A DNA stretch of 62,070 bases, the filler included, from Circinaria calcarea (lineage: Eukaryota), in NCBI GenBank assembly GCA_051942165.1. It is 22 parts of 22 records of this genome, joined end to end, with 100 filler letters (N's around TTAATTAATTAA, not from the genome) between each part and the next. Parts side by side here need not be neighbours in the genome. Positions count along the whole stretch, not along the records: positions 1 to 2,739 come from JAVECS010003288.1; positions 2,840 to 5,577 come from JAVECS010003289.1; positions 5,678 to 8,415 come from JAVECS010003290.1; positions 8,516 to 11,252 come from JAVECS010003291.1; positions 11,353 to 14,086 come from JAVECS010003292.1; 17 more parts are not named here. One strand, written 5' to 3'. Positions 1 to 13,018 of this stretch are shown here, piece by piece. The translations under genes and the position numbers were made by a program. The notes below the pieces were generated by a model. The model was not told the origin of the DNA, ran no database searches, and saw nothing but the letters and a program-made list of their open reading frames with translations. Within the stretch, counting starts at the first letter, position 1; each line of letters starts with the position of its first letter.

Positions 1-1363
1 CTGGTATTCGGGATTGGAGCGGCGATGGAAGCGGGTGCGGTTAGTATTGCTATGTTTGTTGTTGGGAGGTGTATTGAGGGGGCCGGCGAGGGGTTGTATT
101 TGGGAACTTTGGTTGTGTATGTTGATCCGATGCGTGCGAGAGAATATAACTGATGATAAACAGGTATATCTGCGAGATCTCACCCCCGAGTCAGAGAGGT
201 CCTCTAACAACGGGTCCTCAGCTATTGACCACTCTCGGTCTTGTGGTTGGGTTCTTCACCTGTTATGGAACAGTAAACGTTAATTCATCACTTGCGTGGC
301 GCATCCCATTTATTATTTTAGCTTGTCTTTCCGGTGTATTTTCTATAGCATCTTTTGTCTGGCTTGTTCCTTCTCCACGATGGTTAACCCTCCGCGGTCG
401 TCAATCGGAAGCATCTGTAGCATGGGATGTCCTCGAAGTCGGTCACGCCGAGCGCGAAAAGGTCGAGAATCAACAAAATGATACCACGGGCATTGAAATC
501 CGCAGCGTTGCAGACTCGATTGACTCTCCCAGTCGAGACCCCACCCCGAAACCTGCAACCAAGTGGAGCTTCTTCAGCGTCTTTTCCAGTGATGTACGCA
601 CCCGCACCGGCCTCGCAGTCTTCATGATGGGCATGCAACAGCTCAGCGGCATTGACGGCGTTCTCTACGTAAGCACCCCTCTGACCCACTCTCTCACACT
701 TCAACCCACTAATTAACCCCACCCTTCAAGTATGCCCCCCTTCTCTTCCAACAAGCGGGCCTCAGTTCTTCCTCATCGTCCTTCCTCGCCTCCGGCGTCT
801 CCGCCATCGTCATCTTCGCCGTCACCATTCCCGCGCTCTTCCTCGCCGATAAATGGGGCCGCCGCCCTAGCACTATCTACGGCGGCGTCTTTATGGCCGC
901 TATCATGCTCCTGATCGGCGGTCTTTACGCGGGCAATGCCGTGCACGGAACCTTCGGCGCCGGCCGCTGGGTTGTCATCGTCTCCATCTACGTTTTCGCC
1001 GTCGTTTATTGCGTTTCCTGGGCCGTCGGTATCAAGATTTACGCCGCGGAGATCCAGCCGCAGCGCACGCGGGCGTCGGCGACGAGTCTGGCGCACGGCA
1101 GTAATTGGATGACGAACTTTTTAGTAGCGTTGGCGACGCCAATTCTGTTAGCGAAGAGCAGCTTTGGGGTGTACTTTTTGTTCGGGGGGTGTACGTTGGT
1201 GACGGCGGCGGTGTGTGCGGTATTCATGCCGGAGACGATGGGGAAGAGCTTGGATGAGATTGAGGATGCTTTTCAGGGGCAGAAGGCGGAAGGGGGCAAG
1301 GGGATGAAGGGGATTAGTTTTAAGATGGCGATTAGGAGGGCGGCAGGGAGAATTTCTGTTTGA
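1..1363 (+). CDS. MFS sugar porter family transporter, 5'-partial; exons 1-116, 164-668, 731-1363
   Basis: Motifs VYICEISPP..RG, MQQLSGIDGVLYYAP, DKWGRR, AEIQPQRTRA, PETMGKSLDEI. GT..AG introns 117-163 and 669-730 restore the frame. Confidence 0.92.
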
Positions 1364-1900
1364 GTTTGGAAGTTGAGAGTCCGTCGCGCTGATGCCATTA
1401 TATATCTAGGATAGATGGGGTCCCGTTGCAAAGGGAATGGGATCTACTAGGTATTTATGGCCATAGGTTGCCAGAGGCCACATATTTATTAACGATTATA
1501 TACACATTTGGTCCGATCTGGTACAAGATGCACTCCACTGGCTGTGAATGAAACCTGCATAATTGTTAAATAACTAGTTTTCAGATAGTCCCCCAATATC
1601 AGGGCCGATAAGAGTGTGATCTATATTTCTATCCCTTTTTCGCGCGACGTGTCCGTCCCGTTTTACTCGAACCCCTTTTGGTATTCACTCACTTTACCTA
1701 CCCCGGGGCTTCCTTCCGGGGCGTACCAACCAAAAAATAATATATACACCTCCGTTTTCTACCTTATGTATACGGGTTTTGGAAAATAATTTTATGCGGC
1801 TGTGTAAAGTAAGTATACTCGATTCTTTTACCCCCCCGCTCCCTCTTAATTAATATCTCCCTTCCGTCACCTTACTGACCTATTTAATCAAGTACTCCTC

Positions 1901-2024
1901 CTTTCTCTTTTCTCTTTTCTCTTTTCTCTTTTCTCTTTTCTCTTTTCTCTTTTCTCTTTTCTCTTTTCTCTTTTCTCTTTTCTCTTTTCTCTTTTCTCTT
2001 TTCTCTTTTCTCTTTTCTCTTTTC
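1901..2024. repeat. (TTTTCTC)n 7-bp tandem repeat, about 17 copies
   Basis: Directly visible. It generates the spurious KEKREKR ORF 1888-2106. Confidence 0.95.
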
Positions 2025-2739
2025 TTCCAGCTAAGCCATCATTACCATACCCCTCTTTCTTAAGTTTCTCTTCTCTTCCCTTCGCTTTCCACACGAACCA
2101 AAACAACCGAAAGAGAAGAAAAAGAAAAATGACTCTGTTCTATTCTATTCCATCCATCCATCCATCTATCCATCCGGGTAATTTCATCTAATAAAGTAAA
2201 ATAATTGAAATAATTGAAAATAAATCAAATCTCCTGATATCGATTTACTTGTACTCTGTTCGAGTTGTCTGGGAAAGAATAGGAATAAGAATAAAAATAA
2301 GAATAATAATAAGAATCAGGACATGCATGAGCTATCTATGGTATCTAATATAATACGTAAAGAAACCCCCCAAAAAATTTTGGAATAGATAATCATCGGT
2401 GCGTGGCTGGCGTGTGTTGAGGGCTGGCTGGTTAGGATGAGGGGAATGATTAGTAGAGGTAAGGACTGCAAAGACTTTAGGTAAGAAGGAGGGCCTTAGA
2501 GAGGTGAGTTAGTTTTTGTTAGATTGTAGGGAGGGAATAGATTAGGATCCGGGGGTGTGAGGTTACTGCTGGATAACGGGATGAGTAACAACAATGGTAC
2601 ATTATGCGATACATTGAAGACGATTTCTAACGGCAAGGTATGATTATGAATGTGAAGAAAGAAAGAAAATAAACTCGATTCTCTAAAGCAACCATCTAGT
2701 CTAAATGGTAACAACAGTAATTACCCCCCCCTACCCTAC

Positions 2740-2839
2740 NNNNNNNNNNNNNNNNNNNNNNNNNNNNNNNNNNNNNNNNNNNNTTAATTAATTAANNNNN
2801 NNNNNNNNNNNNNNNNNNNNNNNNNNNNNNNNNNNNNNN
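2740..2839. other. Artificial 100-bp contig spacer (N-TTAATTAATTAA-N), first of 21
   Basis: Same linker, with stops in all six frames, also starts at 5578, 8416, 11253, 14087, 16920, 19750, 22579, 25408, 28236, 31061, 33885, 36708, 39531, 42353, 45174, 47994, 50813, 53631, 56448, 59260. Contig lengths never increase along the window. Confidence 0.99.
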
Positions 2840-3129
2840 AGATGGTTAGGCGAGCTTGACCTTACAGTGTTCTGACCCGAAGTCGTCAAGACAGATGCCA
2901 AGGTCGTCTGTGTCGAATTGCGTCCCAAGCCAAACATTACATGCTCGCATCTCTCACAATTGAAGCGTATGTGCCGACTCTGATAGAAAGGAAAACGTAT
3001 GATTGTACCGGTGTGAAGGTGATGACACCTCCCGCAAGTCCCGTGGAAGGGCAACTCCACCTCATCGCCCGTTGCCACATCCTGGTGTGGAACAGGACTC
3101 GTACCCACGTGATGATTTGCTTCAGACAT
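2840..3129 (-). CDS. Fungal hypothetical protein N-terminus with paired CxxCxH motifs, 3'-partial
   Basis: MSEANHH...FHGTCGRCHHLH...RFNCERCEHVMFGLGRNSTQTTLASV, open to the contig edge. Confidence 0.6.
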
Positions 3130-4670
3130 CCTTAGAATAGGCTCTCGTAGTGTCGATGATGAGCTTCGAGAAGGGGGAACGTCTGATAGGTTTCTTAGAA
3201 CAACGCTTAAGCAGATCAATGCGCAAGGATAAGCACTATAGAACCAAAGGGCAAGGCAGAGAATTCGTAGGGGGAGGAGCTGTTCCAAAAGGCTTTTAAC
3301 GGTTGATTGGAACCGCTGCTTCGAATGCTTACTACCTTCAGCATCCATGGATTGGACGTAGGAAGCTGCCTATATCAATGCCTGGGATCTGGTCGCCAAG
3401 ACGGCCACCACCGTCTTTGCTCGATTTCCCATCGCAGTGGCGACAATTGCCGAGGGCAGTGCGACAGTGACCGGAGACAGAGCAGGTAGGTTAGACAAAC
3501 AAGTCGAGCTTCACCCTCACTCCGCCTCTTCGCAGTCCCACGTCGCATGATAGGCCAGGCTGAGATCTGCCCCACGGCCTATGGGGGATAATGTCATCTC
3601 GGAGGCTGACCGTGCAATAAGGGGATAGTCTTCTGCGAGATGACGATAGATTTACTCACAGCAGCGCACTAGGAGCCGTGAGGTTACTGACAGCGGCTTG
3701 AGCCCCCATCTAGAGACCGCTGTCAAGCTGAAGCGGAAGGGGGACGTTGGAATTGCGCCTTGGCTGTGGGTAAGGCTACCTGCAGCTACTCTTCCTTGAG
3801 TAAAGCGCGAAGGATGGTGTGGCTCGACATGGCTCATCTGCTGAACTATATATATTAATGCTGTCAGAGATTACGATCAGTACAGACTTTTAACCAGAGT
3901 TTCGTCCACCAGAGACACTGAAGCATTGATGACATGTCGGTTCTGGGGTCAAACAGCCTTGCGTCTTCGACGAAAGCCAGACCAACATACTCAAAACCCT
4001 CTTTTGGTGGGAGATACAAACCATAGCTGTAGTTGACATACGGCCTTTTTGTAAAGCTCGGAGGATTACTGATACCGAACACCTCAATGATTTGAACCAG
4101 CAATGGAGGTACCAAAGAGTCGAACAACCTACCTGTGCCGTGGTCGTATTCACATTCCTAACTAATATCCGGTCTATGTCCGTGTATTCTTTACCCTCTA
4201 AGGTGCTTAAGAACATGTCTTTTAAATTTTGCTACTTCTATTTCTCGCTTTCATAGGTGTCTTGAAATACTCACGATCACTTGCGCCCTCAAGCTGTTAC
4301 CCATCATGTCTTTCTTAAGAGCTCTTTCACTAGCTGGCCTTCTCTACCACTGCATCGTGGTTGGCATACCCATTCAGAGTCCGCTGGCTTTGGCGACGAA
4401 CAACCTGCCGTATGATCCCGAAAATCTCCTGGGATGGCGAAAGACCGGAGAGCCTACAGCCACCTTGCGATCAAGCTGAAGACACAGCAATTAACTGACC
4501 TAACGCTGTATTGTTCTTACCTTCAACTTCAAAGCTCGAACCCAGTCCCTCGGGTACCTCGTAGATTACTCATAAGCGCCCACCATTCAGAAAACCAGAG
4601 GCGCTACCTTATCGACATCCATCCCAGGCATCGTGACGGGAACGGATGGGGAAAGGATGACAAGCTTGTA

Positions 4671-4720
4671 GACGTCCGCTGGGTTGACATCCGCTGGGTT
4701 GACATCCGCTGGGTTGACAT
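4671..4720. repeat. 15-bp tandem repeat (GACATCCGCTGGGTT) x3.3
   Basis: Directly visible. Confidence 0.9.
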
Positions 4721-6293
4721 GCAAAACGGTGTTATCCTGGACATGAGCGCTACGTGGAAGCAGTCCTATTAGAATGCACTGAAAACATTGCACTACAAAG
4801 ATGGTAGTGTGTATATACAGTGTGAGTTGCTCAAATAAATCAAGTTCTTTCCCTAGGCACGAGCTGACTGAACGCTCCTATCGAAGATAACCGAAATCTT
4901 TACCCCCTCCCTCAAGTCTCTCCTAGAAGGCTCCAACGTCCCCTTCCCGAACAACCCCAGATAAGATCTTAAACCACGAACACGGAAATCAAATCCAACC
5001 CTAAGCCCATCCATCAACAAACTCTCCTAACCTGACCCGTCACTTCCACCCTCGCAACCTCAAACCACACCTGACCTTCTGCCAGCCGCCCGCTTCCCTC
5101 CCCATCTGACCCTAATATCCCGGCCTCCATCAAAACCGCACCGACAACAGTCCATCCTACACCCATACCCACCGTCCCACCACCGACACCTCCTCTCTCG
5201 ATCAAGGACACAAGTAGTAAAACAGACGGGATCGGAGCGGCCGGAGAACCAATCTCGGAAGGGCATCTATCTGTGTTCTATACTCTGTGGAAGCTTCGGA
5301 GAGACGAAGGTATGGACGGAACGATTCTGGATAATGAGATGGATTGGGCGAAACGGGGAATCAAGGGATGCAAACAGTATCAGCGGGGTGAAACTAGAAA
5401 AAAAGCTTTCCGCTCTGATCATCCTCTCTACACACGCCCGGGGACCGATGTTCTCAAACCCCACTTCAACAGTGTCGGCTGTTTGCTCTGCTTTGCCTAG
5501 CCTAGACAATCAACCCCCTCCCCCCTCTTTCTCCCGCGGCATCTTACCTTCCCTCTGATTTCAAACTCACCCCCCACNNNNNNNNNNNNNNNNNNNNNNN
5601 NNNNNNNNNNNNNNNNNNNNNTTAATTAATTAANNNNNNNNNNNNNNNNNNNNNNNNNNNNNNNNNNNNNNNNNNNNCCACTCCCACTCCACTCCACTCC
5701 CACTCCACTCCCATCCCCCGACTACCTACCCTACCCTCCCCTTCCCTTATATGAGAAAACAGAGCCAAAAACCAAAAAAAACCCCCCAGAAAAAGTGTTT
5801 CCCCGGTGACTCGAAAACAGGTTTTTCGGATGCAACTTGGGGGGTTTAATTTGGTGATTTTAGGATTGAGAGTTTAGAATTAGAGTTTGGAATTTAGTGG
5901 GGATAGTATAAGCGTAGTGTAGCATGAGCATGAGCATAGCTGACGTGAAAAAAGGCGGTGGAGGGCAAGTAGACGGTCAAATGTGCGTGGTCAAGAAATA
6001 TGCTGTAACCGACGGACCAAAGCGACAAACGATGCGGGGGGATCGTGACTATCCAATATCAAATTTCAGACTATTTTTTATCTGAAGTCGAAACTATAGA
6101 GCCCCCTCTCCTAGTACCGCTTTCTCAAACCAAAGTGATCAAGATATAATTCAGGGGGTATCGAAATCGTGACAACGCAATGATTCCAGAATAATCTGCC
6201 ACCACCCCTTTCCCAGCGGGTATCATCAATGGGAAGCACAAGGGTATGTACGCTTTTCGTGAATGCTCCTTATAACCTCGACCAGAGTTCAGT

Positions 6294-7290
6294 TTATACA
6301 ATTCCCCCCCTCTCGATCCCCCGAATGGAATCCTCACTCGCTGTCCCCCTCATAGGATGTTTCCTCGGAGGTGCGGGAAATGACGAATCCATCTCATTTG
6401 TCGAAACGGGCAGATATGATCTCTTTCCCATCGGACCTCTTTCGTCGGTAGGATGCCTTAGAGGCATTGACTCCCTCGAACTGAGATCATAAGGAGACGA
6501 TTCTCTCACATGGATCCCTTCAGGAGCAAGTGAGGGCGCTGCGTGCTGCTGAAATTGCGATTGCTGGCCCGAGGGAAGGACGCCTCGTTCAGCCATTTCG
6601 GCAATGAGGTTTTGTGCGATTGCGGCGGCGCGACGGTCGACATTTCCGTTATTGCGGCGATGAACGTCGACGCAGGCCCAGACGAAGAGGGTGAAGTGGA
6701 GGAGGCTGTTTGCAGGTTGTCATTAGCAAGACGAATTTCCGACGAGGGAAACAGAGGGACATACACAGCCAGAAAGGTAAAAGTAGATCCGACTAGTTCG
6801 ACCACGCCAATTTGGTGCAATCGATTGCCCAGCTCGCGTTGACTGTATAGGTTTCCTAACCCAGCGAATAGAGCAAGTAGTCCTGTCGCTATTAGACCTA
6901 GCCATAGGATGAGATCCATGCCAACGTTGGCACCAGGATGCAACGGTCGAGGGCGAGATAGGCGGACGATTAAATTGGCAATGTTCCAGACGACGGAGAT
7001 GCCGAGCTGGTTGACAGGGAGTTAGGGATCGGGTCTGGCTTGAATGAAGGATCACATCGACTTACAGTGATAAACTGCCACAGCAGTAACCACCGGCTAG
7101 CTTCCAAATAGCGGCGAGTAGATCGCCTAAAAGATCCCACATAGCGGCCAGTAGATGAATCAAACGCCCATGCTGTACAGCCTATGGCTAGCAGACCGAG
7201 GAGTAGAGTGATGATGCGGAGGATGAATTTCGCAAGCCAGAGTCTCTCGGCATCGCGAACTCTGACGCGGGATGTAGGATTGAAGATCAT
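6294..7290 (-). CDS. Four-TM (MARVEL-like) fungal membrane protein, two introns
   Basis: ORFs 6970-7431, 6506-6943 and 6294-6596 join through GT..AG introns. Hydrophobic helices, HPGANVGMDLILW, LHFTLFVWACVDVHRRN. Confidence 0.75.
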
Positions 7291-8515
7291 CTTTACCACC
7301 AATCTAGTAAACGAGAGTTGTCTGCCAGAGAAGATTTTCCAGTAGAATGGCGAGAATGGATAGTTTGGGTGGATTGCGAGCGAGTGACTATCTTCAAAGA
7401 GGGACAAAGGGAGCGTGAAGATGAAGATCAAACGAACGAGAGATATATAAATACATAGCCAAGGACCATGCCATTCAAAGCTAACTCCAGACTTTCCATC
7501 TCAATGTGACGGCAAACAACAGCAACAGCACCATCACAGCCATTGTTCTCAGCCTTGGGATCCAACGAGAAACCGTGATTGCACCGCTTGGCAGGCGGTG
7601 GCGGAGGTCGGGAAAGGGGAAAGGGGAAAGGATACTATTCTCAGCTTGGAGCTAGCCCACCGCAGTAAGGCGGAGTTCTCCCGTCTCAGGGCTTAGCGAG
7701 GCATCTTCCAACCCGAAGTGTGGGGTTACTTAGTAGTTTACCCCAAGGCTTCGTATTTCATATACGTAAGAAGAAAAGACCGATCGAAGATGCCTCACGA
7801 CCTGACCATGTTCATGTTCATGTTCATGCTCATGCTCGTAAACAGTGAGCCAGATACCTCTGCACGCACGTGTACCATTATATTACTTCCGCCAAATTTG
7901 GATCTACTCGCCTGATCGGTGACCCAGAATAGCAGAGCCATCCCGTAACAAACCACCTCTGACACGACCGCCACTCTTTCCTCAAGAATCTCCCACTCCC
8001 AATATACTCCTCTGCCAAACCACCTAATACACTCCTTCTACTGGCAAGCCCCTCCTCACCTTCTCCACAACAGCAACCCCCGTTTTTCCCCAAATCTCCT
8101 CTATACACTCGAAAAGCCCGCCTCATTCCTCCCGGCAACTTTCACGTTCCCCATCTCGATATCCCATCACCCGGAGTGAAGTTGCTCAATACAAAAAGTC
8201 CTATCGAACAGCAAGTCTAGGCTTTGCTTCACGAACCCCCTCCCCTTCCTTTCTACCATCCACCCATCACCCTCAACTCTCAAACTTCCAGAAACATCTG
8301 CATACATTTCGTAGCGGAAAGAGCGGGTGGGGAATTCCAAAGTTATCAATCACATGACACTCCCCTTCCAAAACCCCCACCCCACGCACACGATTTACCG
8401 AACCACAATCTCCAANNNNNNNNNNNNNNNNNNNNNNNNNNNNNNNNNNNNNNNNNNNNTTAATTAATTAANNNNNNNNNNNNNNNNNNNNNNNNNNNNN
8501 NNNNNNNNNNNNNNN

Positions 8516-8851
8516 ACAGGACCCTCACTCGGCATCAATCCACCCACGCACGAACAAATCCCCATCTACTTCCGCCTCTCCCCGCACTCGCCTATCCAGG
8601 TCAATCCGAAAATCTGGCTCGCGACCATCAGCCGCTCCTCGATCAAAGACCTCGAGACCATTGCGCTTGCCCGTCATCCCGTCCCGGCAGCGATGAAGGT
8701 GTCGAAGATTGAAGGCGTGATTGCGCGAGAGGGGGAGGGTGAGATCCCTTTTCAGCTCGATTCGGACGATGAGGTGGGCGCGTACTTGATGTATTTGGAT
8801 TCCTTGCAGGGGGCCAAGGCTACCTTTTCGGTGTGCTTTGAGGCTTTGTGA
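8516..8851 (+). CDS. C-terminus of a fungal hypothetical protein, 5'-partial (not in the ORF track)
   Basis: Open frame from the contig edge: ...PKIWLATISRSSIKDLETIALARHP...KIEGVIAREGEGEIPFQLDSDDEVGAYL...KATFSVCFEAL*. Confidence 0.65.
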   Translation, partial: TGPSLGINPPTHEQIPIYFRLSPHSPIQVNPKIWLATISRSSIKDLETIALARHPVPAAMKVSKIEGVIAREGEGEIPFQLDSDDEVGAYLMYLDSLQGAKATFSVCFEAL

Positions 8852-11138
8852 GGGGGATTTATGGGGTGAGATTGGTAGAGGAGGGTGGGGTGGATAAGTG
8901 TATAGCTGAAGGGACGGTTTTGATGTCGCTCTTGTACGCTTTGGCAAATTGCTAGGACTATGCATGTGCAACCACGAGCTAGAGCCAGACAGAAAATTGC
9001 GTGAGGTCAGGATTTTGCTTTTTGCTTTCGGACTTGATAGAAAATACCCCATCCCCATCTTAGGCGCCCCGCTAAGGGCTAGGGTTTAGAAATACGGCCA
9101 TCTCACCAGGGTTCAGGTTTTCATGGAGGAAAAAATTCGAAATTGAAATTATCAAGCAGGCTATCCGAACCAAGTGCGGAGAGAAATCGATTTTGAATTT
9201 GATGTGATATAATATTATTGAAATAATCAAAGCCTAAAGAGGCTAAAAAGAAGGGGGCACACCGGCCGCCGCAATTTTTTTTTGGAAATCTTGAAATCTT
9301 TAGCCGTAATAGGAGTTCTGTTGGGTATATGATTCGACGGCGCATACAGGCCGATTAGAATAGAATAGGGATAGGAATAGGAATAGGGGATAGGTGATCT
9401 GAGCTGGGCCGAATGTGAAGCCACTATATTGGGGACTGGTAAGGTGGATGTGCGAGGATGTCATTAATGAGACCGCACCTGAGGTCAAGTTTTGGAGATA
9501 TGTCAGGTCGGAGTTGGATTTTGCCCTGACTTTGAATCTATTCAAAGTATGAAAAAAAGTCTCGAGGCCTCTCGGTGGACAAATAGCCTTGAAGACGCGG
9601 AGCAGCGACATTGGAAGCGTGGACCATAGCACACAAACTCATCTCTTTCGTGGAGAAGACCGGGTGTAGTTGAGTCTCTTTTGTGCTTGAGAAAGGTTCA
9701 GGTGCGGCCTCCTTGCCGACCATACTCAAGGCACAAGGTGTTTTTTTTGTATACCCACGAGATTCCTCGACTGTTCCTTCACAAGATCGATCGGACATGC
9801 ACGAATAAGCCCTGATAAGATATAAAATCGAGATCCTACTGTTTTCGGGCAAAATCTAGAAAAGTGAGGATTATCGAACTATGCATATTGCCTTTTCATA
9901 TTTGGGCAGGTATACATTTACTTCTGTAGCTGCTGGCACTCGGCTGACAACACGGAACGAATGTTACTTTGAGAGGTGGAAGGGCATAGCGAAGCTATGA
10001 GATGTTCTCGTATGATAATCTACTGCAGCTTTCTTTCATGGCTGGGAGGCGCAAAATAGAGGTTCGGAGCTTAGTGAGCTGAATCAGCGAGCAGTCAAAG
10101 CCAAGGAACACAGAACATGGGGATGAAATTGCCTAGTAAGCAAATGGGCTGGGACTTTAGCATTGGGTAAATAGGCAGCAGAGAAGATATGCGCTAGAGC
10201 TGCATAGGGTATATCTATCCCCTTTTTCTGTAGGCTCTAGGTTTTTCAGTCTGGTGAAATCTTTCACTACAATGTGGTATGGTGCTATACAAAGGCTGAG
10301 GAAATAGAGTGAGATTAGCACGTGGTGAGTACCTAGTGCTTGCAAGGGATTGAAGTTGCGGTAAGCAAAACGGTGAAGAATCGGCTTTGATGTTATGCCG
10401 ACGAAGATCAGTCTAAAGTAGTAGCTGAAGACTGAAGCGCGCTAGTGAAAGCTAGTTGATTGTTAATCTTCGCTAGAAATTCCCTTTCTTGCGCACCTCC
10501 TTCGTCTCAAAGATCACGGACTCCAGAGCTACTCCCGGTGAAGATAACCATTTCCTTGAAGAAGGTGGTTTCATCCTCATAGGACTCGCGCATATCTATT
10601 GAGAAGATCCTTTTCAGGGTTTCTGACTCATATCTAAATTGGGAGCAGAATCGGAGACGGAGTTAAAAAGGCGGAGCTTGGCATACAACGGACTGTTCAT
10701 ATGGATCACCCATCATTACATCCCGCCCGACGCTTGCTTTGCAATCCGTTCCATCCTCTTCCAAGATGGTATCACCACGTTTCTGACTCACCAAGTCAGA
10801 TATGTAAGCACGGTACGGTCACATACCATGCCCTCTACAGCTGCCTAATATCTCTTGGAGAAGTACAAACTACCCAATCATTCTGTCTTGACCATCGCGC
10901 TTTGTTTGATTCAGTAATATTACTCAGCTGCCAATCCTATTATCAATCGGGCGGATGCTTTCATGTGGCTCAGGGAAAGGATAAAGATGGAAGAGGTTCC
11001 TCTCCAAAAGGCCGTGAGCATATCTCCGACCTCCAGTATATTCTCCGTGTTCTTTACCTCCTATCGCCGAATCTTCCCTGTTATATAGTTTGAGTTTGTT
11101 CCATCTTTCCTATTCGTACAGTCGTGTTTCTGTCAGCT

Positions 11139-11252
11139 ATGGCAGATCTCATCCGTGACACGGCACTGGGCTACATTATTCGATCTCTGTCCGGGAACAC
11201 ATTACTACAACATCTTGAAGACCAACCAGATTTCCAAATCCCTGAATCCTAC
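11139..11252 (+). CDS. N-terminus of a DHA1-family MFS drug:H+ antiporter (FLR1/MDR1-like), 3'-partial
   Basis: MADLIRDTALGYIIRSLSGNTLLQHLEDQPDFQIPESY resembles the typical DHA1 N-terminal motif. Confidence 0.65.
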
Positions 11253-13018
11253 NNNNNNNNNNNNNNNNNNNNNNNNNNNNNNNNNNNNNNNNNNNNTTAA
11301 TTAATTAANNNNNNNNNNNNNNNNNNNNNNNNNNNNNNNNNNNNNNNNNNNNGAAGGAAGGACGGATGTAGTGAACTGGCCGGTGAAAAGAGCGGCTACG
11401 AGGAGAGCGGTGTACAGGCGAACGAGTGTGAAGGGAGCGGCTATGCAGCTGGTCTGATCATGAGCGCATGTTCTTATCTGTGGATTTGACAACTCCTGGT
11501 TCCAGCCGGCCTTCACACCTGAGTGGCATGATCTTCCCGAGAGAGTAGAGAGTGGAGGTTTAGAACATTCGATGGAAGGTCATGAACACCGTGTGCATTT
11601 GATGTCGTACATGAAGGCACTGCAAAGAACGCCAAACGGCCAATAGACGTCATTACCAAAGTCTTGAAACGCGACTAAAAGCGGTGGTCCGTGTACGAAA
11701 GCAACATCACGGGCCACCACCAGATAACAGTGATCGGGTGTGGCTGCTTCTTAACCACTGTCGGCTATTCTACCCTGTTCATGGAATTCTGATTGATGCT
11801 TTGAACCAATACAAAAAGACATGGCATGACCGCACTGTCAGACACAATGAAGCAAAGCACGAGCAAAGACGGCGGCACAAAGATGGAAGAAGTGTGAGCA
11901 CTTGAAGAGACAACAGAAGTCTAAGCCAACCATCAACGAACGTCCTATAAAAAACCCCCAGTTCTCATGCGAGTGGTCATATCAGTAAGTGGGTGTGGTG
12001 TCTCTTCCATCGAGCGAACCAGTTGCATCCTGTTCAACCAGTTCCTTGGTGCTACGGAATATCCCCGTCTCTCGACTTCTCCTTCCGATCTTAAATCGAT
12101 GCTACTGGGGCGTACAGTACCCTGTGTTCACTCCCAACACTACGAACTTAACTACTCGCACTGCCGCATCCCTAAAATTCGCCCGTTTAGACAAGGAGGG
12201 TTGTTCATCTCGATATCCCTCCCCAGGCTTCGGTTTGTCACCGGGAGGAAGACACAGTCTACTTGAATATCTTGTGCAAAACTGCATTGTTCCAAAGAAC
12301 TTCGCCCTCAAAGCCGATACAGAAATCTAATATCAGACTATTCCCATGCTTGCTTTACCACCCTTTCTCGAACTACTCTCACAACGCTAAACTTGCCCGA
12401 AATCCACTACCCGTGCAAGGTATCGTTATTACTATGCAGTAACCAACACCTCGTTGCTGATTACTCACTCCTCCCTACCTAACATCCGTCTTGAAACCCT
12501 AATCCACACCTAGCAGCCCTTGCATATGACCCAGCCACTAGGCCAGCTCAGATGAACAAAGACGATCTACCTTTCCCCAAGCCCCTTCCGTATCATCAGC
12601 TTGAAAGGTATGCCAGTAGAGATGAATGGTTGAGTAAGGGTGAATTGAGGGGATTTAGTGTCAAGGCTGGTAGGCTTGCTATAAAGCTGCTGAACAAGGG
12701 AATTGTGATTGGAGCAGAGGGGTGGGGAGGTGTGCCTGTTTGGCAACTTTACACCTAGGAATCAGGTAGTGCGAGGATGGTAAAGGTAAGACTGGGTACC
12801 ACTTTGGAGGTTTCTTCCTTGGTATACTCTGCGCATAGTATAAACAGCCGAGATCTCACGAAGGTGAATTGAAAATTCTTGCTTTTCCCACTGTGACACT
12901 AAAAGGCATATATACCATAGGGGAGATAGCCAAGCACATCCAATCTATCCCCTAAATACATCATTTACGTTTGCTCCCCCTCAATCCTCGTCACTGCACA
13001 CTGCCCCCAGTGAATCCC

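Noticed and set aside
1888..2106. KEKREKR repeat protein ORF
   Set aside because: Translation of a 7-bp tandem repeat.
4434..4793. ORFs with VDIRW / VNPAD repeats; possible mini-CRISPR
   Set aside because: Simple 15-bp tandem duplication with no spacers and no recognisable protein.
3760..5577. Fragmentary protein-like frames on the minus strand (similar ones at 7900-8415, 9900-10640, 11950-12350, 31200-31730)
   Set aside because: No recognisable motif or consistent exon chain. They may be old pseudogenes but cannot be supported by eye.
9058..9460. Possible 5S rRNA or snRNA (ATACGGCCAT.., T-runs)
   Set aside because: Similarity is limited to a few bases, with no conserved internal boxes or fold.
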